A stretch of DNA of 64,000 nt. It comes from an uncultured Acidobacteriota bacterium (GTDB lineage: Bacteria; Acidobacteriota; Blastocatellia; RBC074). Below are positions 39,699-49,317 of this stretch, one piece after another (positions within the stretch are counted from its first letter, which is position 1; each line of letters opens with the position of its first letter). Made by a program: the position numbers and the translations under genes. The stretch lies in NCBI GenBank assembly GCA_963796275.1, contig CAWCKY010000006.1:448001-512000 (forward strand), read 5' to 3'. A model generated the notes under the pieces. It ran no database searches and was not told where the DNA came from. It saw nothing but the letters and a program-made list of their open reading frames with translations.

Positions 39699-40376
39699 TT
39701 ACCATTTCAGGCGTTCGACGTCTTCCAGAAGCTGGCGTTTCTCGTCATAGAGAGTGAGGACCATCTGTTGTTGAACTCTATCTCCGGGATTGATCAGTAG
39801 TATCTGCCTGCTGTTTCGCAATGAGTCATCGATCTTGTTCAGGTGTCTTTCGAACTCGACGCGAATTGTCGGGTCCCAATTGGCTTTTCGCAAATTGATG
39901 GCCGACAATTTTTGCTCCAGATCGGCCTTGATTCGGTCTTCATTGGGCAAAAGGGCCGTCTGTAGAGCTTGAGAATCGAAATTGCTCCGAGTTTGGGTGG
40001 GAGGCCCGACCATTAAGAAGCCAACCAGGGCTGCGATCAGAACACACGCGCCGGCCAACTGCGGCAACGTAAAAGTGAACCGGCGCGTTTTAAAATTCTC
40101 CCACCAATTCAGCTTCTCAGCCCGCTTAATCGGCACCTGATTTATCATCAAAGGTGGTTCGCGCTCTAGCTCTGCCGCAATCTGCGTCCACAAGCTACGC
40201 GACGGGTTATGGAGCGGTAATTCACGTGCGGCAGTTCTGATTTCATTCAGTTCAAATCTGACGCTCTGGCATTTATGGCAGGTCACCAGATGGGATTCTA
40301 ATTCGCGAACCTCGCTCTCCGACATCCACCTGTCTATATAGTCAGACAAGGAGGTCACAACGGCTCGGCATTCCAT
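39699..40376 (-). CDS. zf-HC2 anti-sigma factor
   Basis: MEC...LSDYID...HLVTCHKC; one TM helix; follows the ECF sigma. Confidence 0.85.
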   Translation of the reverse strand: MECRAVVTSLSDYIDRWMSESEVRELESHLVTCHKCQSVRFELNEIRTAARELPLHNPSRSLWTQIAAELEREPPLMINQVPIKRAEKLNWWENFKTRRFTFTLPQLAGACVLIAALVGFLMVGPPTQTRSNFDSQALQTALLPNEDRIKADLEQKLSAINLRKANWDPTIRVEFERHLNKIDDSLRNSRQILLINPGDRVQQQMVLTLYDEKRQLLEDVERLKW

Positions 40377-40477
40377 ACTGCTTTCCTCTCCAATTGTTCT
40401 TCACCTTGTGGTAACTGTCAGTTGCCAGGGGTCGTTTTGGTGAGGTTTAACAACTGAATGCTAACCAAATTAATTGT

Positions 40478-41044
40478 TCAAATTTTCTTGTTTAGCAACT
40501 CGCGCAATCGCATACGGGCTTTGTGCAATTGCGATTTCGATGTGCCGACGCTTACACCGAGCAGGTCGGCCACCTCTGTGTGTTCGAAGCCCTCGATATC
40601 GTGTAAGACAAATACCGTGCGATAACCGGGTGGTAATTGCGAAATGGCTTCGTCGAGTGCGATTCGGTCAACAAAATGGGGACGTTCGCTGGCCGATTGC
40701 AGGATATCTTGTATATCGCCGATTTCTCCTTCTTCGGTTGTCTTCTCGATTCGCACTCCGCGTTTGCGGAAGTGCATAAGCACATGATTGACCGTCAACC
40801 GATGCAACCAGGTAGTGAATGCGGATTCGCCACGAAAGCTCCCTATTTTTCGGAAGAGTTGAACAAATACCTCCTGGGTTAAATCCTCAGCTTCAGTGGG
40901 GTTTGCTACCATTCGCAAGCACAGACTGTAGACGCGCCGATGATGGCGCTCGTAAAGCGTCTCAAAGGCTTGTAAATCTCCGCGCGCTGACGCCTGCGCC
41001 AGATCGAAATCCGACGTGGCGGTGTTGGTCGCATTCGCCGTCAC
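40478..41044 (-). CDS. ECF RNA polymerase sigma factor
   Basis: AEDLTQEVF; [11 protein letters not shown]; [16 protein letters not shown]; [11 protein letters not shown]. Confidence 0.93.
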   Translation of the reverse strand: MTANATNTATSDFDLAQASARGDLQAFETLYERHHRRVYSLCLRMVANPTEAEDLTQEVFVQLFRKIGSFRGESAFTTWLHRLTVNHVLMHFRKRGVRIEKTTEEGEIGDIQDILQSASERPHFVDRIALDEAISQLPPGYRTVFVLHDIEGFEHTEVADLLGVSVGTSKSQLHKARMRLRELLNKKI

Positions 41045-41124
41045 TTAAGGTTGCTCGCTGTGATGCCTACCCACTTTTGGTAGGTTGCTCTCACCGAAGA
41101 AATTTAATTTTCAATAAAAACCCA

Positions 41125-42186
41125 TCATAGCTCATCTTCCGGAACCCCCGCAACAGGGCATAGATCACAGATCAACAGTTCGAGTTGCAATCGTGGGGTT
41201 GCCAACGAGGATTTGAGCGCGATATCGGTCCGGGCGATACGCTCGATGCCTGCGATGATGCGCCCGGTCTCTTTCTTCCGGACCCGTTCATTAAATCGGG
41301 TTACCGCATAGGGCGACATTCCGGCCGCTTTGGCGACTTCGGAGTTCGTCGCGTTCTGGCGCATCAATTCCTTCACCAGGAGCATTCTGCGAAAGTTGCT
41401 CGCAATTGCGCCCAGGATGAGGAGTGCGAGCGTCTGGGGGGGCTCAGCCGGATTTGCAAAAATATGATCTAGCAGCTTCAACGACCGTTTACGATCGCCA
41501 TCCATTACCGCGTCGCTCAATTCGAAGTTCGAGTGTTCCCGCGAATAGCGCACGAGGTCGTCGATTTCCGCCCTGGTGATCGCGCGGTCATCTCCGATAT
41601 AAGTTATCAACTTCTCAAGCTCATTAGAGAGCCGCATTAGATCGGCGCCGGCCATACCGACCAGATAGGCTGCAGCAGCAGGGGTGATGGAAGAGCCGGC
41701 TCGCCTGACATAGTCGCAGACCCAGTCCGGCGCCTCTTCGCCCAACGGTCCGAAGCCGACGACCTCGCAGCTCTTCCGCAGCAACGTGGAGATATTGCGG
41801 CGATTGTCGAGTCCGTCGCTGACAAATACAAGCGCCGTGGTTTCTGCCGGTGCGCGCAGATAATCTTTCAGAAGTTCGAGCTGTTTATCATCGCTGATCG
41901 CCTCGAATCCGGTGACGACAACTACTCGCCGCGGGGAGATCATCGGGAACTCCCTAGCCATCGCTAAAGCCCCATCCAGATTTCCCTGGGCGACCGTGAT
42001 GGATGCAAAATTGAAATCGCGCATTGCCGCGTCTACTGCAGACTCGATCAATTTCTTCAATGCTTGATCGCGCAGATAGACCTCAGTTCCCTCGAAAAGA
42101 TAGAGCGGTGAGACCTGATTTTGTTGAAGCCGGTGGGAGAAGTCGGTTTGGGATTTAAGAGAGCCTGCCGAGGCTGAACGTTTCAT
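41125..42186 (-). CDS. holA: DNA polymerase III delta subunit
   Basis: PLYLFEGTEVYLRD; FPMISPRRVVVV; LSNELEKLITY; leuS-lptE-holA synteny. Confidence 0.9.
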   Translation of the reverse strand: MKRSASAGSLKSQTDFSHRLQQNQVSPLYLFEGTEVYLRDQALKKLIESAVDAAMRDFNFASITVAQGNLDGALAMAREFPMISPRRVVVVTGFEAISDDKQLELLKDYLRAPAETTALVFVSDGLDNRRNISTLLRKSCEVVGFGPLGEEAPDWVCDYVRRAGSSITPAAAAYLVGMAGADLMRLSNELEKLITYIGDDRAITRAEIDDLVRYSREHSNFELSDAVMDGDRKRSLKLLDHIFANPAEPPQTLALLILGAIASNFRRMLLVKELMRQNATNSEVAKAAGMSPYAVTRFNERVRKKETGRIIAGIERIARTDIALKSSLATPRLQLELLICDLCPVAGVPEDEL

Positions 42187-42199
42187 CGCGTAAATTGCC

Positions 42200-42283
42200 G
42201 GTACCGCTCGCACTAGCGAGCGGCATCAATTAATAGCCTAATAGCCAGATCGGCCAATGCTCACCCGCTATCGCTGGCGGTCC
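42200..42283. repeat. Inverted pair of REP-like hairpins
   Basis: GGTACCGCTCGC-ACTA-GCGAGCGG and a degenerate reverse copy CACCCGCTATCGCTGGCGGTCC. Confidence 0.55.
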
Positions 42284-42288
42284 TTTTT

Positions 42289-42819
42289 TCAGAACCCTTC
42301 GACAATCGTCGTCATAACACTCTTAGCGAAATCTCTGGCCATGCGATCGACGGATGGGCCTTCTTCGTTAAAGTATGTCTGCGGATCGCCGGATATCTCA
42401 TATTCGTTGCGGAAAACGTAGTTATCGTTTTTGTAGATGACCTTATTCTTTGTCTGGTCGCGTACGGTTAATCCGATAACGATCGTGACATCGAACATTC
42501 TCGCCCGTCCTGTGTCGTTGATTAAAACGGGACGATAAAAGAAATTTTTAATAGTGCCTTCCATCACGGCATCCGCACCTTCGGTTGCCGAGACAATATT
42601 CAACGAGCGGGTACGGCGCAATACCTCATCTATCATCGCCTGTGTGAATCGCTGCTCAACCTTATAGCGAAGACTCGGGTTTTGGAACGCAGGTATGGCC
42701 AGCGTTTTGATGTGACTGGGCAGCGTACTCCCTTGTCCCGTACGTTTGTAACATTCGGTGAAGCTGCAAACGCTCAAAAGCATTGTGATCAGCAAAGTAG
42801 AATGGAAAATTTTTCTCAT
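42289..42819 (-). CDS. lptE: LPS assembly lipoprotein LptE family
   Basis: Signal with Cys; LPSHIKTLAIPAFQN; position between leuS and holA. Confidence 0.8.
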   Translation of the reverse strand: MRKIFHSTLLITMLLSVCSFTECYKRTGQGSTLPSHIKTLAIPAFQNPSLRYKVEQRFTQAMIDEVLRRTRSLNIVSATEGADAVMEGTIKNFFYRPVLINDTGRARMFDVTIVIGLTVRDQTKNKVIYKNDNYVFRNEYEISGDPQTYFNEEGPSVDRMARDFAKSVMTTIVEGF

Positions 42820-42880
42820 CTAATATACTCCATTTATTCAGGCGAACCGATTGTAGAACAGCAGAGGTCAGGGGGAAAGA

Positions 42881-42952
42881 AGTTTTCAGTTTTCAGTTTT
42901 CAGTTTTCAGTTGCTGATCGAGACAGCTCAGCTAAAAACTAAAAATTGAAAT
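42881..42952. repeat. Inverted heptamer array (GTTTTCA x4 ... TAAAAAC)
   Basis: Visible units; left flank of the REP composite. Confidence 0.85.
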
Positions 42953-42957
42953 TAACC

Positions 42958-43251
42958 GCTCAGCCTCTTCGCCGCGTTAGCGGCGGTTGATTGTAGCCGT
43001 GGGTTTTAACCCACGGTGGCGGCAGAGATTTTTTCACGTCGCGTCAGCGACGGTTGAATTCAGGCGTCGCTAACGCGACGCGGGAATATCCTTCAATCCT
43101 TCCGTGGGTTAAAACCCACGGCTACAACCGCCGCTCGCGGCGAAGAGGCCCGCCGCTAACGCGGCGAAGAGGCTGCCGCCGCTAAGCGGCGAGAGGTGGC
43201 CGCTAATGCGGCGAAGAGGCTGCCGCCGCTAACGCGGCGAAGAGGCTGAGC
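42958..43251. mobile_element. Non-autonomous nested-palindrome element (REPIN/BIME-like, GTAG-type REP)
   Basis: 29-bp terminal IR GCTCAGCCTCTTCGCCGCGTTAGCGGCGG; inverted REPs GTAGCCGTGGGTTTTAACCCACGG at 42993-43016 and 43102-43125; inner IR 43037-43080; five tandem copies of the right terminal unit. Confidence 0.75.
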
Positions 43252-43257
43252 AGTCAC

Positions 43258-43328
43258 TTTTAGGTTTCAGTTTTCAGGAATTAACTTTGATTTCCCAATT
43301 GAGAACTAAAAACTAAAAACTGAAAACT
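43258..43328. repeat. Inverted heptamer array (GTTTTCA ... TAAAAAC/TGAAAAC) abutting the leuS stop
   Basis: leuS TAG forms the start of the first TAGTTTTCAG unit on the minus strand. Confidence 0.85.
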
Positions 43329-45936
43329 ATTTCGCTACCAGATTCACCAAGCGTTTCGGCACAACGATAGTTTTTATAACTTCTCGTCCTTGCAGCCGCG
43401 CCTGAACGCGTTCGTGAGCCAGCGCCGCGCGTGTCAGTACTTCATCGGTCGCATCGGCGGAGACGGTCAATCGGGCTATCAACTTTCCGTTAATCTGAAC
43501 GGGAATCTCCAGCTCTTCGTCCTTTGAGAGCTCGGCATCGAACATCGGCCAGCCTGAGGCGATGGTAATTTCGTCATACCCGACCGCGGCCCACAGTTCT
43601 TCGGCGATGTGCGGCGTGAATGGGGCCAGCATCTTCACCAGCGCTTCAATCGCTTCTTTCAAAGCGAACAGATCAGAGTCGGAAGCATCGCCCGTTCGCG
43701 AACCGTCGAAGGCATAGATTTCATTGGTCAACTCCATCAAAGCGGCGATGGCTGTGTTGAAGTTCATCCGATCACCGATGTCGTGCGTGACGCGTTTGAT
43801 CGTCTGATGTGTTTTACGGCGCAGCGCGCGGGCGGGGGCCGCAAACTCCTGCGGCTCGCCGATGATACCCGACAACTTTTCATGCCATTTGTAAACGATG
43901 CGCCAGACGCGGTTCAGGAATCTGGATGCGCCCTCGGTACCGGCCTCGCTCCATTCCAGATCCTTTTCCGGAGGAGCCGCGAAGAGCATAAACAGCCGCA
44001 CCGTGTCGGCTCCATAGACCTTGATCATTTCATCCGGATCGACCGTATTCTTCTTAGATTTGGACATCTTTTCGCTGCGGCCCGCCAGGACCGGACGATT
44101 GCAGAATTTACATCGGCCGTCGATCACATCGGTGGGATATAACCAGTTGTGTTCTTCGCAGCGATTGGTTGCCAGGCAAACCATTCCCTGCGTCAGCAGT
44201 TTTTTGACGGGTTCGCCGAATTTGATCAATCCCTGATCGCGCATTATCTTCGTCCACAGACGAGTGTAGATCAGGTGCAGCACGGCATGCTCTATTCCGC
44301 CGATATACTGTTCGACGGGCATCCAGTAGGCGACGACATCGGGGTTGAATGCCTGCTTGTCGTTATGTGCGTCGCAGTAGCGGAAGTAATACCACGACGA
44401 ATCGACGAATGTGTCCATTGTATCGGTGTCACGCCGCGCCGGGCCGCCGCACTGCGGACAGGTGGTATTAACGAAAGCCGCATTTTCCGCCAACGGTGAC
44501 CCCTGTGTGTTGAAGTTCAAATCCGCGGGCAGCCGCACCGGCAGCTGGTTCTCCGGAACCGGCACAATGCCGTCTTTCGGACAGTGAATGAAGGGAATTG
44601 GTGTTCCCCACGCCCGCTGCCGCGACACGCCCCAATCGCGGATCTTGAAATTCGTCTGCGGCTCACCGAAACCGCTTCTCACAGCTTCCTCGGTCATCGA
44701 CTCAATCGCCGAGGGAACGGGCATCCCGCTGAATCTCCCCGAATTGATCAATACGCCTGTCTCGTCCTTTGCCGTGAAGGGCGTTTCGACGGGGGCGTCA
44801 TCGGCTTCTGTCGATTCTTTCAGCCTGATAACGCGACGGATCGGCAGACCGTACTTTTGCGAAAACTCGAAATCGCGCTCATCGTGCGCGGGGACGGCCA
44901 TAATTGCGCCGGTGCCGTATCCGGTCAAAACGAAATTCGCCGTCCAGACGGGGAGCCTCTCGCCATTGAACGGATTGACGGCGAACCGGCCCGTATTCAC
45001 ACCTTGCTTCTCTCCGGCGATGCGCTCATCTTTTGAAATAATGGTCTGCTTCCCGACGAATTCAGCCAGCTCGGGGCGCGCGTTGCCTGATGCGATCAGC
45101 TTGGCGATGAACGGATGCTCGGGCGCGACGATTACGGCGTTTGCGCCGAAGATAGTGTCGATTCTGGTGGTGAAGATGCGAATCTTGCTCCCGTTGGTTG
45201 GGGCATCCTCGTGATCGATGGTGAAATCGACCACGGCGCCGGAGCTTCTTCCGATCCAGTTGCGTTGCATTGCTATGACGCGCTCGGGCCATCCGGATTC
45301 CAGTGTCTCCAGGTCGTCCAGCAGCTCATTGGCATAGTTCGACACGCGGATGAACCACTGCTCCAATTCGCGTTGTTCGACAGGCGTATCTTCGTGCCGC
45401 CAGCAGAACCCGCCCTCAGCCTGCTCGTTCGCCAGCGATGTATTGCACTTCGGGCACCAGTTGACGGTGGCGTTCTTGCGATAGATCAGCCCCATCTTCC
45501 ACATTTCGATAAAGAACCATTGGTTCCAGCGGTAGTACTCCGGCAGACACGAGGCTATTTCACGGCGCCAGTCATAACTGAAGCCCATGCGCTTCAGTTG
45601 CGCGCGCATCGCTTCGATGTTCTCGATGGTCCATTTGTCCGGCCGTGTGTTGTTGTTGATGGCAGCGTTCTCCGCGGGCATACCGAAAGCATCCCATCCC
45701 ATCGGGTGGATCACGTTGAACCCCTGCATCCGTTTGAAGGTGGCCAGCGCATCGCCGATAGAATAGTTGCGCACGTGACCCATATGGATGCGGCCCGACG
45801 GATAGGGCAGCATCTCCAGACAGTAAAACTTCGGGCGCGCCGGGTCTGGCTCGGCCTCGAAAACACGGCCTGCCGCCCAGCGCGCCTGCTGCCTCTCTTC
45901 TATCTCTTCAGGGAAATATTTTTCATTCATTATCAT
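43327..45936 (-). CDS. leuS: Leucine--tRNA ligase
   Basis: MLPYPSGRIHMGH; GWDAFGMPAENAA; MDTFVDSSWY; KMSKSK. Confidence 0.97.
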   Translation of the reverse strand: MIMNEKYFPEEIEERQQARWAAGRVFEAEPDPARPKFYCLEMLPYPSGRIHMGHVRNYSIGDALATFKRMQGFNVIHPMGWDAFGMPAENAAINNNTRPDKWTIENIEAMRAQLKRMGFSYDWRREIASCLPEYYRWNQWFFIEMWKMGLIYRKNATVNWCPKCNTSLANEQAEGGFCWRHEDTPVEQRELEQWFIRVSNYANELLDDLETLESGWPERVIAMQRNWIGRSSGAVVDFTIDHEDAPTNGSKIRIFTTRIDTIFGANAVIVAPEHPFIAKLIASGNARPELAEFVGKQTIISKDERIAGEKQGVNTGRFAVNPFNGERLPVWTANFVLTGYGTGAIMAVPAHDERDFEFSQKYGLPIRRVIRLKESTEADDAPVETPFTAKDETGVLINSGRFSGMPVPSAIESMTEEAVRSGFGEPQTNFKIRDWGVSRQRAWGTPIPFIHCPKDGIVPVPENQLPVRLPADLNFNTQGSPLAENAAFVNTTCPQCGGPARRDTDTMDTFVDSSWYYFRYCDAHNDKQAFNPDVVAYWMPVEQYIGGIEHAVLHLIYTRLWTKIMRDQGLIKFGEPVKKLLTQGMVCLATNRCEEHNWLYPTDVIDGRCKFCNRPVLAGRSEKMSKSKKNTVDPDEMIKVYGADTVRLFMLFAAPPEKDLEWSEAGTEGASRFLNRVWRIVYKWHEKLSGIIGEPQEFAAPARALRRKTHQTIKRVTHDIGDRMNFNTAIAALMELTNEIYAFDGSRTGDASDSDLFALKEAIEALVKMLAPFTPHIAEELWAAVGYDEITIASGWPMFDAELSKDEELEIPVQINGKLIARLTVSADATDEVLTRAALAHERVQARLQGREVIKTIVVPKRLVNLVAK

Positions 45937-46032
45937 AAAATGCCTCTTCAGGTGCTACCTGCTGAATCGAAATGGTTGCCCGGATTCAAAGTATACGGGC
46001 GACAATATATGTAGGAATATCTTTCAGGGAAA

Positions 46033-46172
<140 letters not shown>

Positions 46173-46209
46173 TGGTAACAATCTCCGATTGATTGATATA
46201 ACGGCTCAG

Positions 46210-46239
46210 ATTCTACACAGATAGAGGCTTCTGTTTCAA
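46210..46239 (-). promoter_or_regulatory. Sigma70 promoter for the leuS leader
   Basis: TTGAAA-18 nt-TAGAAT, preceded by TGTG (extended -10). Confidence 0.7.
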
Positions 46240-46405
46240 GGGGTGGGCAGAGGGAGCCGGAGCGGCCCTCATTGCTGCGGAGGCTCACGCGCGCCGGAGC
46301 CGAATTGAAGCTAACTGCGGGCTTTGCCTGGAGATACTTGCTGCCAATCGATCGATGAATGCTCCACCAGCGCCTTAACTGTTACAGCAGGTAGCCGAGG
46401 CTCGA

Positions 46406-47608
46406 TCAGTCAAGCGCTCTCAGGACAATACACTTCAAGTAATATGTCTCCGGCACGGTCAACAGTATCGGATGGTCGCGCGATTGCGTGCGTTTTTCGA
46501 TGACCTGTACCGTGCGACCGGCGTCGCGCGCTGCATCAGCGAGTATCCCCAGAAACATATCTTCCCTGACGTGATAAGAACACGAGCAAGTAATGAGCAT
46601 TCCGCCGGGGTTCAACAGCCTCAATGCGCGGAGGTTGATCTCTTTGTAACCGCGCAGCGCCGCTTCGACCGCGCCACGATTCTTTGCGAATGCCGGTGGA
46701 TCGAGAACGATCGTGTCGAATCGCTCACCCGCATCGTCGTAATCACGTAATCGGTCGAAAACGTTGGCTTCGATAAATTCAACGTTATATATGCCGTTGA
46801 GCTCGGCGTTACCCCTGGCCGCTTCGATGGCCGGCCGTGAAATATCGAGCGCGGTCACGCGGTTACATGTTTTCGCCATATGAAGCGCAAACGAGCCGTG
46901 GAAGCTGAAGCAATCGAGCCCACGGCCGCTGGCGTAGCGCATGGCGGCAGCTCGATTTTCGCGCTGATCGAGAAACGCGCCGGTCTTTTGCCCTTCGAGC
47001 AGATTCACCCGAAACCGAATCCCATTTTCGGTTATCACAAATTCTGCCTCGGAAATACCTTCGGTGTGGAGCAGACTGTTGATCATCGGCAGCCCCTCGA
47101 GCTGGCGGACCTTCGCGTCATTGCGTTCTACGATCAACCGCGGTTGAAACTCTTCGATCAACAATTCTACCCACGTCCTTTTGAGCGCATCCATTCCGCG
47201 CGTGAGCGTTTGGATGACGAATGAATCGCCATAACGATCGATGATCAGGCCCGGCAGGTAATCGCCCTCAGCGTGAACCAGACGATAGGCGTCGGTATCA
47301 GAGACCGCGCGTCTGCGCCACTCCGCGGCCGCTACCAATCGCGCGCGCCAGAAGTCTCGATCGATTTCAGCAGCGCCAGTTGAAATGAGGCGTAGCGATA
47401 TCTCCGATTCAGCGCCGTAGTGCGCCCAAGCCACAAAATTGCCTCGCTGATCGACGACTCGAACGACCGAGCCGCTTTCCGACGCCGGTCTGGTCGTCAC
47501 ATCGGTGCGATAAATCCATAGATGGCCGGCCCGGGCTCGCGCCAGGCCCTTGGCCGATATGATTGCCGCCTCGTCGGTCGCTTGCTTTGTCACTTGACTC
47601 TTGCCCAT
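46406..47608 (-). CDS. rlmI: RlmI-like class I SAM-dependent rRNA m5C methyltransferase
   Basis: GHLWIY PUA region; EGDYLPGLIIDRYG; GQKTGAFLDQRENR; VLDPPAF; TCSCS; ETYYLK. Confidence 0.88.
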   Translation of the reverse strand: MGKSQVTKQATDEAAIISAKGLARARAGHLWIYRTDVTTRPASESGSVVRVVDQRGNFVAWAHYGAESEISLRLISTGAAEIDRDFWRARLVAAAEWRRRAVSDTDAYRLVHAEGDYLPGLIIDRYGDSFVIQTLTRGMDALKRTWVELLIEEFQPRLIVERNDAKVRQLEGLPMINSLLHTEGISEAEFVITENGIRFRVNLLEGQKTGAFLDQRENRAAAMRYASGRGLDCFSFHGSFALHMAKTCNRVTALDISRPAIEAARGNAELNGIYNVEFIEANVFDRLRDYDDAGERFDTIVLDPPAFAKNRGAVEAALRGYKEINLRALRLLNPGGMLITCSCSYHVREDMFLGILADAARDAGRTVQVIEKRTQSRDHPILLTVPETYYLKCIVLRALD

Positions 47609-47644
47609 AAATACAGAACGATGATTGAGATACAGGAATTGTGA

Positions 47645-47735
47645 AGTTGATACTTGATAGTCGATAGGTTGTATCGTATCCACTGGGAATAATTTATATC
47701 AACTATCAATTATAATTATCAACTATCAATTATCA
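47645..47735. repeat. Degenerate inverted heptamer array (AGTTGAT / ATCAACT) between divergent rlmI and folK
   Basis: Same unit family as 25411-25504. Confidence 0.75.
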
Positions 47736-47765
47736 TCTGCCTAACTCATTTCAGTGATTCGGTAG

Positions 47766-48299
47766 ATGCAAAAATACAATCAAACGGAAAAAGATATAAG
47801 AGGGCAAGTCGCATACCTGGGGCTCGGATCGAATTTAGGCGATCGCGCGGCGAATATCATGCGCGCGATTTCAGCATTTGTCGCCGCTGATTTTCATTTA
47901 ACGGCGCTCTCATCAATTTATGAGACCGATCCGGTAGATTATCTCGAACAACCGAGATTTTTAAATATGGTCGCTGCTGTGACCGGCAAGCTGGAACCGT
48001 TTTCATTCTTGGGCATTTGCTTGGAGATAGAGCAATATCTGGGGCGGCGGCGCACAATCCCGCGCGGTGCGAGGACGATTGATATTGACCTCTTGATGCT
48101 CGATGATTTGATTATCGACGACAAACGTGATGACATTTGTTTGACCCTCCCGCATCCCAGAATGCATTTGAGGCGATTTGTGCTCGAGCCTATGACTGAA
48201 ATCGCTCCGGATCTCGAACATCCGGTCTTAAATCTGAAAATATCGCAACTGCTCGACAGGCTCGATGATTCGGCTGCGGTGAGACTTTATTTTGAGTAA
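47766..48299 (+). CDS. folK: Hydroxymethyldihydropterin pyrophosphokinase
   Basis: LGLGSNLGDR; YETDP; FLNMV; RTIDIDLL; LPHPRM..RRFVLEP. Confidence 0.93.
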   Translation: MQKYNQTEKDIRGQVAYLGLGSNLGDRAANIMRAISAFVAADFHLTALSSIYETDPVDYLEQPRFLNMVAAVTGKLEPFSFLGICLEIEQYLGRRRTIPRGARTIDIDLLMLDDLIIDDKRDDICLTLPHPRMHLRRFVLEPMTEIAPDLEHPVLNLKISQLLDRLDDSAAVRLYFE

Positions 48300-48338
48300 T
48301 TACGGTAACAAGAGCGAATCCCAGGCTGGGGTTGAGTT

Positions 48339-49226
48339 ATGGAAATTATCACGAAAAATGCGCGTATGCGTATCGTATCGAGCAAGCTGTGGGATGAAGA
48401 ACGTCCCATAGGTTTTGTGCCGACGATGGGTGCGCTACATGAAGGCCATCTGAGTATGGTGCGGGAGGCGCGGCGAATGGCCGATGCGGTGATCGTTTCG
48501 ATCTTCGTCGATCCGACCCAGTTCCTCTCGAAAAAAGAGTTCTTTAAATACCCGCGCGATCTGGCACGCGATGCCGATCTGCTGGCGCCGGTCGGAGTCG
48601 ATTATATCTTCGCACCGAGCGCGGAAGAGATGTATCCGCCTGGTTTCGCCACCTATATCGATGTCGAAGGATTGAGCGATAAGCTCGAGGGGATTTCGCG
48701 GCCCGGTTACTTTCGAGGTGTGGCTACTGCATTGACCATTCTCTTCAATAATGTTCAGCCAAAATTCGTCTTTCTGGGACAGCGCGACGCGCAACAGACG
48801 GTTATTATCAAAAAGATCGTTCGAGATCTCGATATTCCTGTCGAGATCGTCGTGATGCCGATAGTGCGCGAGGCTGACGGACTGGCGTGTGCTTCACGTA
48901 ACCGCAATCTCACCCCCGAAGAAAGGCGCGCCGCTCCAGTGCTCTATCGGGCACTGAAACTGGCGGAGAAGTTGTTCAACGACGGTGAACGCAACGGCGG
49001 GCGAATCATCAAAGCAATGCGGAAGGAGATCGACCAGGAGCCGCTCGCTCGCATAGACTACCTGTCTATCACCGATGCGGAACATCTTGACCTGATCGAT
49101 GATCTGTCTGATCAAAATTCTCTCGTTTCGGTTGCCGCCGAATTTGGAGGAACCAGGTTGATCGATAATCTCCTACTTAACGATAGTAAGGTCAGATCGA
49201 AGGCCGGAAGATTGAAGTTGGGATAG
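48339..49226 (+). CDS. panC: Pantoate--beta-alanine ligase homologue with atypical active-site motifs
   Basis: GFVPTMGALHEGHLS; VREADGLA; TRLIDN; but VDPTQF, RPGYF, GQRD and CASRN. Confidence 0.8.
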   Translation: MEIITKNARMRIVSSKLWDEERPIGFVPTMGALHEGHLSMVREARRMADAVIVSIFVDPTQFLSKKEFFKYPRDLARDADLLAPVGVDYIFAPSAEEMYPPGFATYIDVEGLSDKLEGISRPGYFRGVATALTILFNNVQPKFVFLGQRDAQQTVIIKKIVRDLDIPVEIVVMPIVREADGLACASRNRNLTPEERRAAPVLYRALKLAEKLFNDGERNGGRIIKAMRKEIDQEPLARIDYLSITDAEHLDLIDDLSDQNSLVSVAAEFGGTRLIDNLLLNDSKVRSKAGRLKLG

Positions 49227-49315
49227 AAAGAAAGTGTTTAGTTTTCAGTTTTTAGCCGAGAGAAACCGGTGGTTTTGAATCGAAAGCTAAAAACTGAAAA
49301 CTGAAAACTTTCTTT
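49227..49315. repeat. Inverted heptamer array (GTTTTCA / TGAAAAC) between convergent panC and ychF
   Basis: Near-perfect 30-bp IR, 49227-49256 and 49286-49315, filling the space between the two stops. Confidence 0.9.
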
Positions 49316-49317
49316 AA

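Noticed and set aside
40412-40466. Another inverted heptamer array between the sigma and anti-sigma genes
   Set aside because: Only a short TCAGTTG / CAACTGA pair; too degenerate to call
43128-43251. CRISPR array
   Set aside because: Units abut with no unique spacers, match the terminal repeat of the REP composite, and no cas genes are present
45115-46014. 299-aa ORF antisense to leuS, and similar shadow ORFs such as 6331-7089, 3796-4536 and 35548-36162
   Set aside because: They overlap well-supported genes, which is expected in GC-rich DNA, and have no recognisable domains
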